Assembly (NCBI RefSeq): GCF_009914755.1
Contig: NC_060946.1
Origin: the human T2T-CHM13v2.0 reference genome, Homo sapiens
Direction: 5' to 3' (one strand)
Length of the DNA stretch: 64,000 bases
A program made the translations under genes and the position numbers. The first letter of the stretch is position 1, and every line of letters begins with the position of its first letter. Below the pieces are notes generated by a model that saw only the letters and a program-made list of their open reading frames with translations, ran no database searches and was not told the origin of the DNA. This document shows, piece by piece, positions 1 to 16,895 of the stretch.

Positions 1-337
1 TATTTTATATCTGCAAAATTCTCAGATCTATTCAAAAGGACCATGAGCTTCGTGATAAGCCAGCCCTCATAGGCAACAATTCCTCAGGTTGTTCAGGACA
101 GAGGAGGTCATAATTTTGGGGTGGGGGCGGGGGGGTGCTGCCTCAGTTTCCCTAAAGCAACAAGCATTAGGCAGGTGGAAATAAGGGGTTATGAGACTAC
201 AGAGACTCAAGTTTTCATGACTTTACTGGGCATAGCTGCTCAGAGATTTACTGCCCTAGCGCCAAGGCATGCAACAGCTCAGAAAAACAAACATTTACAA
301 CTGAGCAGCTACCTGTCCCCGAAGCTACCCTGGGCTC

Positions 338-407
338 CATATGGTTCTGTGCATATGGGAAGCTGCATACGGTTCTGTGCATATGGGAAGCTGCATACGG
401 TTCTGTG
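338..407. repeat. 28-bp tandem repeat x2.5 (alternating 14-bp subunits)
   Basis: CATA(T/C)GGTTCTGTG alternates with CATATGGGAAGCTG. Confidence 0.9.
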
Positions 408-1471
408 AACTCTCGTCTCCTCAACAGGCAGGCCCCTTGCTTCCCCCTTGCCTCATTCAGACCCCTCATTTGAGAGTCATTTCAGAGTTCACCAGCTCCA
501 GAAATGTTATCTTTCAAGGCTGAATCAAGAGGCTCTCCTCTGTGCTCTACCAAATGCCTATAAAAATTTCCAATATCTCCACCACTAAACTTGCCCCTTT
601 GTTTTATATGAATTAGTCCAGAAATTCATTTCCTTACTGGCTATGACTTCCATATGGACATGGATGAAGCCATTATTCCTTTTTAAAAGATTTATTCACT
701 TTTTGTTGAACAAAAACATCTTTTTGAGCAACAACTATGTGCAAGGCACCATGCTATGTGCTAGCCATAAAAAAAAAAAAAACTGTATTGAGAGGATGCC
801 ATTCTATTAGGAGAGACAGGTGCAGGAAGGAGAATGAGAATACGATGTTACTGCATGACTTTAGCAAGTAACTTACCCTTCTCTGGCTTGGTTAATTTAC
901 CTGGAAAATTGACCCAACATTAGTACCTACAACTCTTCAGATCATGAGGAGGATTACATGAGATCATACCTATAAAATGCTTAGCAAACACATCCCTGGC
1001 ACACAGTACATAGACCAAATACATGCTGGGTAAAATTCTTTGTGATAAGCACTGTAAATGTTGGCTATTATCAAACGGAGATGTTCTCTGACAGCAGCGT
1101 AGCTTTAAGTTGTAAGAGCTGGTTTTGGTTCATCAAAAGCAAAGTCATTAGAAATTTAACGGAAAATTGGCATCGATGCATTGGCTGTGATGAAATCAAC
1201 TTTGAAATATCACATATTTTTAACTCAAAATCCTAGTCTGATAGGATCCTAGTCTAATAGTTCTTCTATTCTCGACTTTGACAACATCACCTAAAAATGC
1301 CTTCTCAAAAGCCACTCTCACCATGAGTCCTTTCTTAAGACGTTTCGTACCTTCTCTACCACGTACGAGAGTTCACAATCTTGTCCTGGCCTTCTCACCA
1401 CCCTCACAAAACTACAAAGCTTCTTTCAAACAGGATTCACGTCTGAATCATGTTAGCAACCCACCACATCA

Positions 1472-1840
1472 GTCATTTGTTGCATAATAATGCTACCTAA
1501 TGAGCCATCCCAAAACCAGTGTCTTGAGGCAACGATCACTTATTTCTAGTCATGCACCTGCAGGTCAGCTGGGACTTGGCTGATCTAGACTGGGCTTGGT
1601 TTCTCACTGAGGGCCCATGAATTGGCTGCGTGGCTCTGCTCCCCTCTCCTACTCTTCTTCTGACCAGCAGCTGGCAGGGCACACTCTTTGTGGCAAAGGC
1701 AGGGACACAAAAAAGCAGAAATGCTCAAGATCTTTTAAGGCATAGGCTTAAAACTGGCATACCATCCCCTCCACCTCATACTTCAGGCCAAAGCTAGTCA
1801 CATGGTGAAACTTAAAGTCAAAAGTCAAAGGAGTTGGGTA
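1472..1840 (-). mobile_element. MLT1 (H-like) MaLR LTR
   Basis: Similarity by eye to the MLT1 3' end and internal motifs (GGTCAGCTGGG, GGCCAAAGCTAGTCACATGG). Confidence 0.6.
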
Positions 1841-2724
1841 GGAAATCAGAAACGTGTGAAGATTTGAGGCCACAAATGCAATCAGCCTATCACATCCACC
1901 ACTCAGGTGCTTCATGCATACAAAATGATCATCTGGCTCTGAATAAATGAACAAATGAATGAATGAAAGAAGACTGACTACATTTCACAGCCTTGTCAAG
2001 ACACATGCCAGTTTCACTAGCAGCCACTGTGAATTCTAAAGGTGGTACAACAGTGGCACCCTCGTTAAATATTAGTTTGCTACAGGTCCCTACACTCCAC
2101 TGTACTTCAGCGGAAGAGGCAGCATTTCAAAAATGTGTATGTTCACAGTGTTATTTTTTCATGGATCTCTGATTGTGAAATAAATCAATATTCCCATTCA
2201 CACACAAGAGCCCGTGTGCAGGCACACATCATGCCCTATTTCTCAAAAAAGAAAAATGCAACACTGCTTTGCAAACGTGGAGTGAGGGAAGGGGATTAAA
2301 AAGGGAGAAGGTGAATAGGTGACTTTGAATCCAACCTACAGTGGTTAATTTTCATTTAACTATCTGGCTGAGACTAGGGGTTCAGCAGAAGCACATTAAA
2401 TTCTGTGAACTTATGAAACGATGCATTATTGAAGCCACAGCAGGAGGAAAGGACTCGGTTTAGAACACATAAAAGACTAAAACTGGCAGAAGTGTCATTT
2501 TCCATTACAAAGTAACCGCTAAAGAAAATACATTTTAATTGAGAAAGAAAACACCAGCTCCAAAAGGGTAGGTAAAACAAAATGTATCCACAGCACTGTC
2601 CCCCTTCCTCTTCCCACCACCCCAGTAAATCCTGCAGTTCCTCCTGGAACTCAACCAAGGAATAAATCTTAAACTATTCCATGTCCTTTCTGGATCCACT
2701 AACACTAGTAGAGGCCACCATTTA

Positions 2725-2915
2725 CTCCATTCACTCAACAAATATTTATTGAGAGTTCTCTATGCCTAAGACACAAAAAGACAGAAACCCTGCCGTCATC
2801 AGCTCACATTCAGATAAACGCACAGCATATTAACAAACGGTGATGCTATAGGAAAAAACAGAGCAGGGTAAAGAAGGCAAGTGTGGAGTTATCGGAGAGC
2901 CACAATTTTAAATAC
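2725..2915 (-). mobile_element. L2 3'-end fragment
   Basis: ATTCACTCAACAAATATTTATTGAG, the L2 terminus signature. Confidence 0.6.
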
Positions 2916-3395
2916 AGTGATAATCACCAAGTTTTTCACCTCCCGAAGTGACCTTAAGACTTCTGTGCTTCAACTTTCAAAAGCTGTTGAAATCAATCAT
3001 TAACTTAAGTGGTACAGGTAAGCCATCATATCACTCATTCTAGCAGACACAAATATTGGGTTCCCCACTCACAAGGTGTTTGCAATCTAATCCCTCTCAT
3101 CAAGCGGTATTCAGGTATCATGGGAACACCACAAACCCCACGTTTAACCATGAACTCTAAGCAAAGACAAAAGGCAGTCCATGCAGGCCTATTATTAAGG
3201 CCCGCTGAACGTCACAAGTCTCACAGGGCACCTCCGCCCCTTTCACTACATGTTGAGTAGAAGTGCATTGAAGGCACTGAAGATGCAGGAAATCTATCGA
3301 TTCCACAGGAAAAGCATGAGCAGGCCTCACTGGGTCCCCAAACTGGGCTCCCGGCCCTGCAGACCTGGATGCTCTAAGTCTAAGGGTCAACTCCC

Positions 3396-3451
3396 CTCCC
3401 CATCTAGAGGCTGACCCTATGAGCACTCAGGGTCACCCTCTAGATGGGGAG
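3396..3451. repeat. Inverted repeat, 23-bp arms, 10-nt loop
   Basis: CTCCCCATCTAGAGGCTGACCCT and AGGGTCACCCTCTAGATGGGGAG pair with 1 mismatch. Confidence 0.9.
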
Positions 3452-3545
3452 AGAGGTTGTGCTGTTGGTCCAGGCCCTGCCCTTATCCTAAGGCTGTGTC
3501 TTCTCTACTTCCTGTTCAACCTGTACCATATGGAGGCCTCCTTCC

Positions 3546-3720
3546 CAGTGTTCTAAATCTTGGCTGCCTATGCAGATCACCTGTGGAGTTTTTGATCCTG
3601 GTCCCCAAGATGCATCACAAACCATTAAAATCACTATTTCTAGGGGTGGATCCCAGACATCAGCATCAGTTAAAGCTTTCCAGAGGATTCTAGTACACAT
3701 CCTAGGTGAGAAACACTGTG
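3546..3720. mobile_element. MER5-type hAT-Charlie DNA transposon
   Basis: CAGTGTTCT...GAGAAACACTG terminal inverted ends and internal ATCACCTG motif. Confidence 0.65.
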
Positions 3721-4680
3721 GACCCCTACTCTACTCACTAGGGTGGCTACCCCAGTTGCAACCTTATTCCTGACCCCCTTGTCTCCTCTTCTTATTTCAA
3801 TTTGAGGCTTTAGCTGTGTCCCCTACCCGACACTGTCCCACTGCTGTCCATCAGAATGAATTATCAGAAACCTCGAAGTAGCCTCTGTGTGCAGCAACTC
3901 TTATTTTTCAAACAAAACTGGGACATGGGAGCTGGCAGAAAAACTACTGTGCTCTTCCAAGGCAGTGGCCCCAGGCAAGTTAGGACAGGGCTTTGGAGTT
4001 CTCATCCTTGTCTGGACCCATATCTGGTCCAAGGTCACACACATGTGTGTGACCTCATACAAGGAAATGAACCTCATTTGGTCTCAGTGTGCTCCTCTGT
4101 AAGTCAGGCACCATGACAGCCACCTCATCAGGCTGTTGGGAAAACACAATGAGAATCATGAATCAAGCATTTGACATTCAGGAGGTGCTCAAAAAATGGC
4201 AGTGGCACTTCTCAATTTGTCACATGGGAGCCAGTCCCGGAAGAGCTTATATACCAAAGTGGAATGCCTGGGACAGTTTAATGGTTTAATGGGATAACAA
4301 ATGGGGCAGAATATTTGCAATTAGAGCCACCCTAGAAAATCTGATCACCGATCACCTGTATTTTGTGTCATGAGCCTTATATTGGAGAGGCAAGTGGGGG
4401 TGCTGTGGGGGATGGGGAGGAGAGTACACCTCTACAGAGGTGGGCAGAGTTGGCACCCTCGGTCTCTGGATGGGACACACAAACCGGAAACCAGAGAGAG
4501 CAGGAAGGCACAAGGAGGACAAATTGGCTCTAACTATGAATGCACTTGAGCATAAACAGAAAACAGAAAAGCAGGCCATCTGCCCACTCACAGAGGACAA
4601 GAGGAGGAGATGGAGACCTGAGGTGACCAGAGTAGAAAACTAGGATGGAATGGACTCAGGCAGGTCTCCTGGGAGGCTAC

Positions 4681-5230
4681 ATATTAGTTATCTATTGCTG
4701 TGTAACAAACTGTCACAAAGTTGATGGCTCAAAACAGCACACATTCATTATTTCACAGTTCCTATAGCTCAGTGTGAGCCTGGGCATGGCTTAGCTGTGT
4801 CTATGGTTCATGAATCTCATAAGGCTACACAGCCAAGGTGTCCCCAGGGAGCTCTGGGGCCGAATCCACCTGCAAGCTCCCTCCTGTGCTGGCAGAATTC
4901 ATTTCCTTGTGCCTGAGGTCCTTGCCTTCTTGCTGGCTGTGGGCAGGGGTCACCCTCTGCTCCTCAAAGCCACCCACAGTTCCTTGCCACATGGGCTCCC
5001 CCAACATGCCAACTTCATCAAGCCAAGAAGGAAATCCTTCAGGGCAAGTTTGCTATGAAGATGGGGTCTTACATAAGGAAATGTAATCACAGAAGTGACA
5101 TCCTTCGCCTCTGCTCTGGTCTTATTAGAAGCAAGTCACAAGTCCCCTGCACACCCCAAGTGAAAGGGACCACACAAGAGCAGATCAGGAGATGAGGATC
5201 ATGAGGGCCAACTTAGAGTCTGCCTGCCAG
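4681..5230 (-). mobile_element. MLT1 MaLR LTR
   Basis: TATTAGTTATCTATTGCTGTGTAACAAAC start, GGCAGAATTCATTTCCTTG internal, GTCTGCCTGCCA end. Confidence 0.75.
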
Positions 5231-5239
5231 AGATACCTT

Positions 5240-5795
5240 ATTTTCACCGTAGTAAAATACACATCACATAAAACTTACAATTTTACCCATTTTTAAGGGA
5301 ACAGTTTGGTAGAATCACACACATTCCTATTTTTGTGCAACCATTACCAACACCCACCTCCAGCACTGTTTCATCTTCCCAAACTGAAACTGTCTCCCCC
5401 TTAAAAGCTCACTCCCAATTCTCTCCTTCCCCTAGTCCCTGGAAACCACCATTTTACTTTCTGTCTCTACAAATTTGACTACTGTAGGGACTTTACATAG
5501 GTGGAATGATAAATATTTATCTTTTTAATGACTGACTCATTTAACTCAGCATCATGTCCTCAAAGTTCATCCATGTTGTCGCATGTGACAGGACTTCCTT
5601 CCTTTTGAAGGCTGAATAAATTCCATGTATGTCTACACCACATGGTGTTTAGCCTTTCCACTGATGAACACCTGGGTGGCTTCCACATTCTGGCTATTGT
5701 GAATGACGCTGCTATGAACATGAGTATGCAAATATCTCTTTAGAACTGTGCTTTCAACTCTTTTGGGTATATACTCAGCAGAACTGCTAGATCTT
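5240..5795 (-). mobile_element. Old L1 (L1MB-like) 3' fragment
   Basis: Typical antisense L1M 3' sequence (CAAAGTTCATCCATGTTGTCGCATG, TTCCACATTCTGGCTATTGTGAAT). Minus ORF contains L1 ORF2 C-terminal-like LKRYLHTHVHSS. Confidence 0.8.
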
Positions 5796-7800
5796 AAGGT
5801 ACCAGGGGCACATTTGAGGCCAAAGTGTACCGTGTACTGGGGTCCAGTGGCTTGGGAGCCTGTTAAAACTTTTGACAGAGGCATAGGAAAGTAAAAGGTG
5901 CCCAAGTGACTGAGAGCAACGTCCTATTGTTAGCACCATCTCTCCCTCAATGATGCCGTCACCTTGCTAGAATGTTCAAACTTCACAGTGTCCACAGCAC
6001 TCCATCTACTGAGGCCTAGCGACACTGATCCCTTCCACTCCCGGCTCCCACCCCTGGTGTGCTTGACTTTTGCTGCTGCTCCTACATTTTAAAGGAGTCT
6101 TTTTCAGTTACACTATTTGAGTTTTCCGTAATTAGATACTCACTCGTTCTCTCTCAGTATTCAGAATGAAAGCAATGCTCTCCCCCAGCTGTGCTACAGG
6201 GGCCAAGTGTCAGATGCAACCCAGCACAGAACCTTCCCCGCCGACCAGACCTGATGGTGGGGTATCAGAGAGAGGTCCTCAAAGAGAGGAAACACACATG
6301 CTGCCCTGGAAAACAGTTGAAGCTGCTTTTCTGGTTATCGCCCCTGTCTCTCACTTCCTGGATTTCTTCACCCCAACGTTAGCAGATCAGGGACAGTTTT
6401 GCAGGAAGGAGGCCAGTCATGCCTCCTTTGTGGAGCTCCCTGGAGAGCTTCTACCTCCCTTCCTTCAAAGCCCAGGAAGAAGCTGAAATGAAAGCCTCAG
6501 GTTGACTCACTCACAACTGTTGAATCCCACACACCCTTCTTTGCAAAGCAGCTGGCTACCACATTCAGAAGGCACTACAGCCTTTAAATCAAGCCCATTC
6601 TTTTGCAAAAACCCCACATACCTACTCCTCCGCTTTTATTTTTGCTCACCCAAAAAGCTGCAAGCAGTAAACTCTCATTGGTGGTCTACAAAGATAAAAG
6701 TCCCAGGGATCCATTATTATTTCAGGCAGAATAAGGGGTTCCTTCCTGTGGTCCCAAAGTAGCATAAAACGAAAGCAGGAGGCAAGCTGGGCCTGGAGAG
6801 CCACCTAGTAAGGCTGGCTATCAGGCAGAAGTCAGGACAGGGCAGCATGACGGGAATACGCAAGGGAGGCAGCCCTTATCTAGATCTATCCCAGCTCAGC
6901 CAGTGAAGGTGAAATCAGAGGGGGAATGCCAATGAAGCCAGCGGAACCTACAGACAGCCAAAATGTGGCGCTTTATTACGAGAGTCTAAGTGACTGCAAA
7001 CAGGCCATTATCAAATCTCTTCAGTGACAAAGCTCCGTGTTGAAGGGGACAAATAAAAATAAGTACATTAAGCACAATAAATCACAGGGACCTGTCGGTG
7101 AGACCCATTATCCCTGGGGGATTACGAGGCTGTTTTCCTCCCTGCTTTCAGCTATTGGATCCTGGTTTTCCCATCATTGTTTTAATATTGCAGCCATTAC
7201 TCTCTGTGCCACGAAGTGCCTGCTGTTTCTCTGTAGTTCTGGGTGGCAAGGGCATAATTTGTTTTATGATTTGCTTGGGAGGGTAGCTGTTTTATATTCA
7301 TCTTTAAAAAATACATTCAATGATTGTAGCAATGAGACCCTGTTTAAAAAACAAGAGACCCAGTCCTGTCACTCCTTTCAGCATACACGTGGCCACAGCT
7401 GTAGCCACCCAAAAGGTACCCAACAATTACCAAGAGGACTATGCAGTTTCTTTGGCGGCCCACAGGCCCCAAGAAAGCTTGAGCCAGGCTTAAAAGAGCT
7501 CCTGAATGATGCGGAAGACAGCCTGGGCTTGAGGGAGAAAATAAAAGGTTGGAAGTCAAGTGGCCTGAATTTTATCATTAACTTGGTGTGAGCCTACACG
7601 GTTCCCTTGATCTGGGCCCAAGTGCCCCGCCCCCCATCCACAAACTAAGGCATCCCATTGGTCCACATCCCTCTTGGGAGCCCAAAAGTTCTGCATTTCC
7701 ATGAGATGCAGAGGGAGTGCAAAGCACTTTACACCACGTAACCCTACTTTTATTTCCTCCTCTCCTTCCACAAGATCATTACAAGATTCTTCTTAAGACT

Positions 7801-8105
<305 letters not shown>

Positions 8106-9920
8106 AGATTCTTCTTAAGATAAAACCAACCCATTATGCAATTCTCCATGACATCTTCTACCAGTTCCTCCTTCTCCTATCCCTGCAGAAATGTTCCCTC
8201 CTGCCTCCTCATTCCCTGAGATGTTGTTTTCCAGGACCATTCATTATAAACAAGTCCTCACGCAACTGTATCCATCGGGAAGTGACAGGATGTGCTATTT
8301 ATGCTGCTCCCTATCAGAAGTGAACAGGACCACAAACCCCTGCTGCTCTTCAGCAAGATGGCTTTGGACCCCTCCCTGCAGTATGGAGACATCAGTATTC
8401 CTTTCAGCCATTCCCATTTCAATTACCACATCTCAATCTCGCCATGAAAAGAACATGTCTTGCAATGTAAGCTTCCAGTGTGGCACTGTACAAGGCGGCC
8501 ATATAACAAAATTGATCCCAGAACTTCATCGCCCACCTGTGAGGCACTGACATCAAACCCGCCTGATGGTGCCCAACTCTCAAAATACCCTATAAAGGAC
8601 TCAAAATCAAAACAGGCAAAAAAGTTACAGGCTCTCCCATGTCAAAAATGGAACTGGGTTTAACGGATCATCAAAGCCTGTTGAGCGGCCTCTTGGGAGT
8701 AGAATAGAGGATTCCTTCTAACCAAACAATGCATCAGGCTTTGCAAAATTGGATGTAACAAACCAATAAATACCAAGAGGAGTTATACATATGGTAGTTT
8801 TTAGCCCAGAACTGCAGGTGGCAAGTGACAAAAGGGATAGCTTTGCCTGGAAGCATGACAGCCAAGGGCCAACCTAATCTGCTCACAATGAACCAAGCCA
8901 CACAGAATGAGAGTTCCAAGCAAGCAGGGACTGGGACTTTGTCTTGTTCTCCTCCTCACCCGCCCCCTCACTGTGCCCAGTACAGTGCTTGGCATATAAC
9001 AGAGGGTCAACAACTGTGTGTTCAGTGAATCAGCAAATGAAGGAATGAATCTGAGCAAAGCAACATCGATGACCAGCAGCCCTCAGAAATTCTGATCCAA
9101 TTGATGGGAATAACATGAAAATCTATTTAACAAAGAAGTGAGACTTCTGCAGTGCTTTGGGCATCTCAAAGAATACATCCAGATGTATATATTCAGACAG
9201 CAATCTGTACAATGCTGTAAGTAAATGCAAGTAAAAGGCACAAATCCTTTAAATGTCAGTGTGTGGGTTTGGAGGGTTGTTTTTGGCTTATTTGTTTTGT
9301 AGCTTTTTCCCCTAACCATTGCAAGTTATTAGGAAGAAACAAAAGAGAAATGCAGTCTGAAAACATTCTTAGCCTCTGCCCCAAGTGAACCTCTGTTGAA
9401 TATCAAAATACAGCTCATGAAAACAAACCAAAAAACCAGAATACATTCCCACACTCTCCATGAAAGATTCAGGAGTTGGAACAGATATCTCAGGATTTAC
9501 ACTCAAATTGTACCACAGGGCAGCAGTCACTGGCCTGCAAGTCAGGACAAGGAGGAACACAGCAGTCCTGACGTCTAAGAAGATGCAGCTCAGCTCCCGG
9601 GTGGTGCTCCCCCTTGCAAGCCCAGCCCCGGCTCACTCTACGTTTCCACCAAACACACAGCTCAGGTACAACATTCTTACCTCCAAAGGACTTACAATTG
9701 AAAATTCTCACAGACCACATCACGTGTCAGACCCAAATGCTCATTAGATGTCACTTGCTTGGAATGAAGAGCCTCTAATGTCCAACGGGCATCCGGCCAT
9801 CACTCAGGGGATACGATTTCTAGATTGCTTTCTCATTAACTTGTGTTTGATCCTTACATTAAAGGCGAGAACAGATGACAGACCTTGTTTCACAGAGGAG
9901 AAAAAAATGAAGCTCAGACA

Positions 9921-10707
<787 letters not shown>

Positions 10708-10812
10708 AAGAAAGTAAGCACCTTACCCAAGGGGAGCCAGGAAATATTAGCATGGAAATAACAATAAACCATGTTCTGCCAAAACTTCTTGATCCTATGT
10801 CCTACTCTCTCA

Positions 10813-11008
<196 letters not shown>

Positions 11009-12066
11009 TTAAATTAAAATGTTGAAATGACAATCTTCCAATCAGTTAACACAATCGATGTTGGCAGATAAAGGGGTGATGATACATGGATGACTTATTC
11101 AGGCCCTCAACCTGAACATATGCATACTTTAACCACATCGTATAGCAAATGGCTTTCTAAAATTGTACTGAAATTTCTGGTTTGCAGGCAAGCAAAATTT
11201 GGGAAGCGGATTTTTGGGTTCTAATGTGAAAAGACTACAATTTGAAAGCTGCTACCTACTCCCCACATCTTTTTGGCTGTGATGTTTCATTCTAAACAGA
11301 GACAGACCAGACAATGAACACACAAGCCACATTAAAACAGTAATTAGTGCAAGAGCGAGAACAATGACAACTTCTTGATAAAGTGGAACGATGAACAGGT
11401 TTGTCACAGGCAGAACCTTAAAGATTAGCTCTGAGAATGAACAGAAATCATTCCAACACAACAGTGGCACTTTTACGACGTGGGCCAAATGGACTCATAA
11501 AACCCCACACTTGAAAACTTTGGTCCGTAAGACACACAAAAAAACAAGACGACAAGACTCTCTCACACACGGGAGTGCTGGCGTGCCCAGCAGAGCTCTT
11601 GGCCAATCCACTGCTCCAGTGGGAAGAATAGGATGAGCTGTTGGTCTCAAAGACAGAGTCCTGCCTTAGGGCAGCCACCCATCCCATTCCCCAAAAAGTC
11701 ATAAAACTCATTTCACAACCCAAGTCCACCCTCAGAGTATCGCAGAGAAGCTGTCAATTGCAAGGACAATGCTACAATTCCAACACGGCAGCACTGAGCC
11801 TAGGGAGGTGAAAGGTCCAGATTCTCACTATCCAACCCCAAGCATTTTTCGCAAATCCACAACCAGTTCTCATCTGTACGTTTTGTCTTCTCTCTACTCC
11901 TATTAAAGGGAAAGCAGTACCCGAATAATAAACTCTACATCAAACTTAACCATCCCTGAAACAGTCTGCACTGCCTAGGTGAATCTGTTACTAATTTGTG
12001 TTTCAAACAAGATATGTACATGTTTTTCAAAATACAACCCATTCACAGCATTAAAACAACAGATGA

Positions 12067-12748
<682 letters not shown>

Positions 12749-12873
12749 GATGGAATTCCACCATTCTGAATTTTTTTAAAAAATAAATAAAATCACATAA
12801 CAGTTAAAAAAAAAAAGAATGGCAAAACACATTGTCAGAGATTCTTCACCGTGTCCTTAAAAGTCTTGAAATT

Positions 12874-13248
<375 letters not shown>

Positions 13249-13379
13249 CTAGCAGGGAAAGTGTTGACTGGCGCTGGTAGGGGAAGTACACACAGGACAG
13301 TCAAAAGGTTTTATAGAGACCTGTGGTCTCTTTTGTATGACTTCTAGATCTTCAGATTAATCTTCCTACTGAATATTTT

Positions 13380-14095
13380 CGGCCATTCTGTCTACCCAGC
13401 TTCTCTCCTAGAATGACTCCTTCCCCACTCTTCAAGCAATTCAAATAGGACTGACTTCCTCCTACCAGCTCCGGGGATGTGGTGGAGGTTCTTCCAACCA
13501 GATTACAACATGGGCTTTCTTTTGAGATGGAGTCTCATTCTGTCGCCAGGCTGGGCTCACTGCAACCTCCGACTCCCTGGTTCAAGTGATTCTCCTGCCT
13601 CAGCCTCCTGAGTAGCTGGGATTACAGGCGTGTGCCACCACGCTTGGCTAATTTTTGTATTTTTAGTAGAGACAGGGTTTCACCATGTTGGCCAGGTCAG
13701 TCTCAATCTCCTGACCTCGTGGTCCCCCCGCCTCGGCCTCCCAAAGTGCTAGGATTACAGGTATGAGCCACCGCGCCTGGCCACAACCAGGACTTTTGCC
13801 AGATGTACTGGGAAAAAGATGCTTTCCCTCAGCTACGATGGTGGGGCAAGTCAGATGTGCACCCAGGGCTCCTGGCATCCCATGGGGACAGGCTGCCTGA
13901 GAACCAAGCCAATACAGAAGAAGGCAGAGCCAGGCGTGGGGCAGTAGAGTCGGTGACGCTGTTCGAGGACTTAGATCCAGCCCTGCCTGACGCTGCCCTC
14001 GGGTCTTCAGTCACTTAAGAAGATAAAGTGGAATGGTTATTTAACATCACTATGAGTTAGGTTTCTATAATTTGTACCTGAAACAGTCCTCAGTG
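13380..14095 (+). mobile_element. Ancient ERVL-class LTR (LTR33-like) split by an Alu
   Basis: Degenerate similarity by eye (CTGCCTGAGAACCAAGCCAATACAGAAG, GATCCAGCCCTGCCTGA). Confidence 0.45.
13516..13782 (-). mobile_element. AluS with internal deletion
   Basis: Antisense Alu missing ~20 nt at CTGG|GCTCACTGC. Confidence 0.92.
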
Positions 14096-14391
14096 AGCCA
14101 TTGAGGCACTCTGGCATACACGATCACATGACTAGCTACATGTGTAAAAGTTTCATCAACATTTAAAGGATGTTTACATTATCCTGAAACCCAACAGAAT
14201 TTCAAGTGTGCTTAATCAGGAGGGCAATGTATGAGCTTTAGGAAATACTGATGTCCTTTAAATTTTATGGAAAAAAATATTCAGGTGTATAAGGGTCTAT
14301 GGCAGAAATCAACTTAAAAATTACCCACTCCAAACTTCAGTATCTGAGACAGAATAGTACAGAGGTATTTAAGTTTTTTTTTTTTAATTCC

Positions 14392-14707
<316 letters not shown>

Positions 14708-15176
14708 TGAAATTTGAAAAACTTGTACTGCCGTGCCTATTTTTAGGCTGACATAAAGTTTTCATCCTCAACTACACAATTTCTAAGGATACAATTTTCA
14801 GCATATTGTAAACATTAACATTTTAAAATAAAACTTTCACATCACAGTTTTAAATGGAATCTAGCAATCTGATAGCCATCATTCATTTTAAAAATCCAAC
14901 AGCAAGTTATTTTTTAAGAACTGAAAATGTTATATTATTCTCTCACATGAGAAAGGGGCTTAAATGCCCTGTTTCTGGCACCAAGTTTCAACACGTAAAA
15001 GACAAAAGGGAAAGAGGCAACCATGTGGCATTGCTGTGATTAGAAGGACCTCAACATACCAATTTCAAATAGTCCCTTTGTTAGGTGACCCTTGAGATTT
15101 TCATACCCAGAGCAACATGCCAGAATAAGACTAGTTCTGGCTAAGAGATGTGCCTTTATAAAATGAGGGAGGACAG

Positions 15177-15500
<324 letters not shown>

Positions 15501-16895
15501 CAAAATGAGGGAGGATAACCATGAAAGGAGGATTGGGAGAACCGTGGACCAGACAGGGATCATCTCAGGCTGATCAATTTCAGGGAAGGGCACATATGTG
15601 AGGCTGGAGATGTGAAAATTTATTTTCTTAGAAGTATCCACATCTGCATACTCCATGAAAAGTCTTCATGTATTTCCCAGGGGTATGTATATTTCCAGTA
15701 TTAGGACACCTGGGTTGTTGGATTATAGGACAGAGATTAAAAGCAAATATTCTGAAAACAAAATTCATTTCCAGTCTCTGGGCTTTATTGCTTGAGCAAA
15801 TAACCTCTCCAAGCCTCAGTTTCCTTAGCTGTAAAATGAAACTACTCAGCTTAGAGAGCTGTCAAAAGGCATAATACTTGTAAAGCACACCTCAGTACCT
15901 TTTCTTACAAACTGCTAAGGAAGGGGCCTTTCCTATCCCATTCATTGGCTGCCATCTCTCTTAACTGTCAGAGCCCAAATTTCCTATGAGAGAAAAGTGC
16001 AAGGTAGACAGAAAACTCCTGAAAAACTGCCTCAGGTGATTAGTGGGCAACCATTTGCTTTTACCTTCAGGGCCTCTGCAAATTTTCTGAGATCTCTGGA
16101 CAGGGCTAAGAAGAGAAAGACTGGCCTCTTCTTCATCCCCAGGAGCCCTTGGTTTCCTGGTTAACCAAGCACAATTACTCTAAGGTGGGGAAGGCAAAGA
16201 GATGAAGGGAAAGGGAATGAAGCAACTCTAAATAACTGAGTGCTTTCTCAACATAATACACACATTAACAAATTTAATGAGCTCAAAAATGCTGTATTTC
16301 CAAAGGAGTTATAGATAATTCCAAGCAGAAGAAAAAGGAAAATGGCAAAAGCTAAGACCCAGAACAAGCACCCCTTGGTATGGATTAAATCAGACCACTA
16401 CTGGAGAAGCAGTAGGGCTTCCTGAACCATATAACCAACACCACGTGCCAAGTGCAAGTTCATAAAGTTTTGCTAGTGCCTGGATCACACAAACCTTCTG
16501 ATAAGCCCAGGGCTCCTCTGTCACTCCTCTGTGATTTGCTAAGCAAACCTATTCATGCAGCACTCACGCCTGGCTTACAAGGGCAGTGCCATAAAAACCC
16601 AAATGGACCTCACGAATACTAGAGGCAATACTAAATATTCTAACATAAACATGTGGTTATGTGGAGAAGAGTCTTTAGGCACTGCTGCTAAGCTCCTGTA
16701 CAAATTTATTCGATCCTCCCTAGCCAGTCCCCATCACCGTCTGATAATTTCTCCATCAATTATGACTGCCATTCTGCATCTGGCTCTTTAAATGGGGAAT
16801 ACTATTAAACATAAAAGGTACAAGGTTCTTCAAGTCCTCCTACCTGCTAATCCTCCACTTCAATACTCAGCCCTTGAGAGCTTGTGTGAAGACAT

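Noticed and set aside
7037-7591. 184-aa ORF
   Set aside because: GTG start, antisense to the host intron, no recognisable domain or exon structure.
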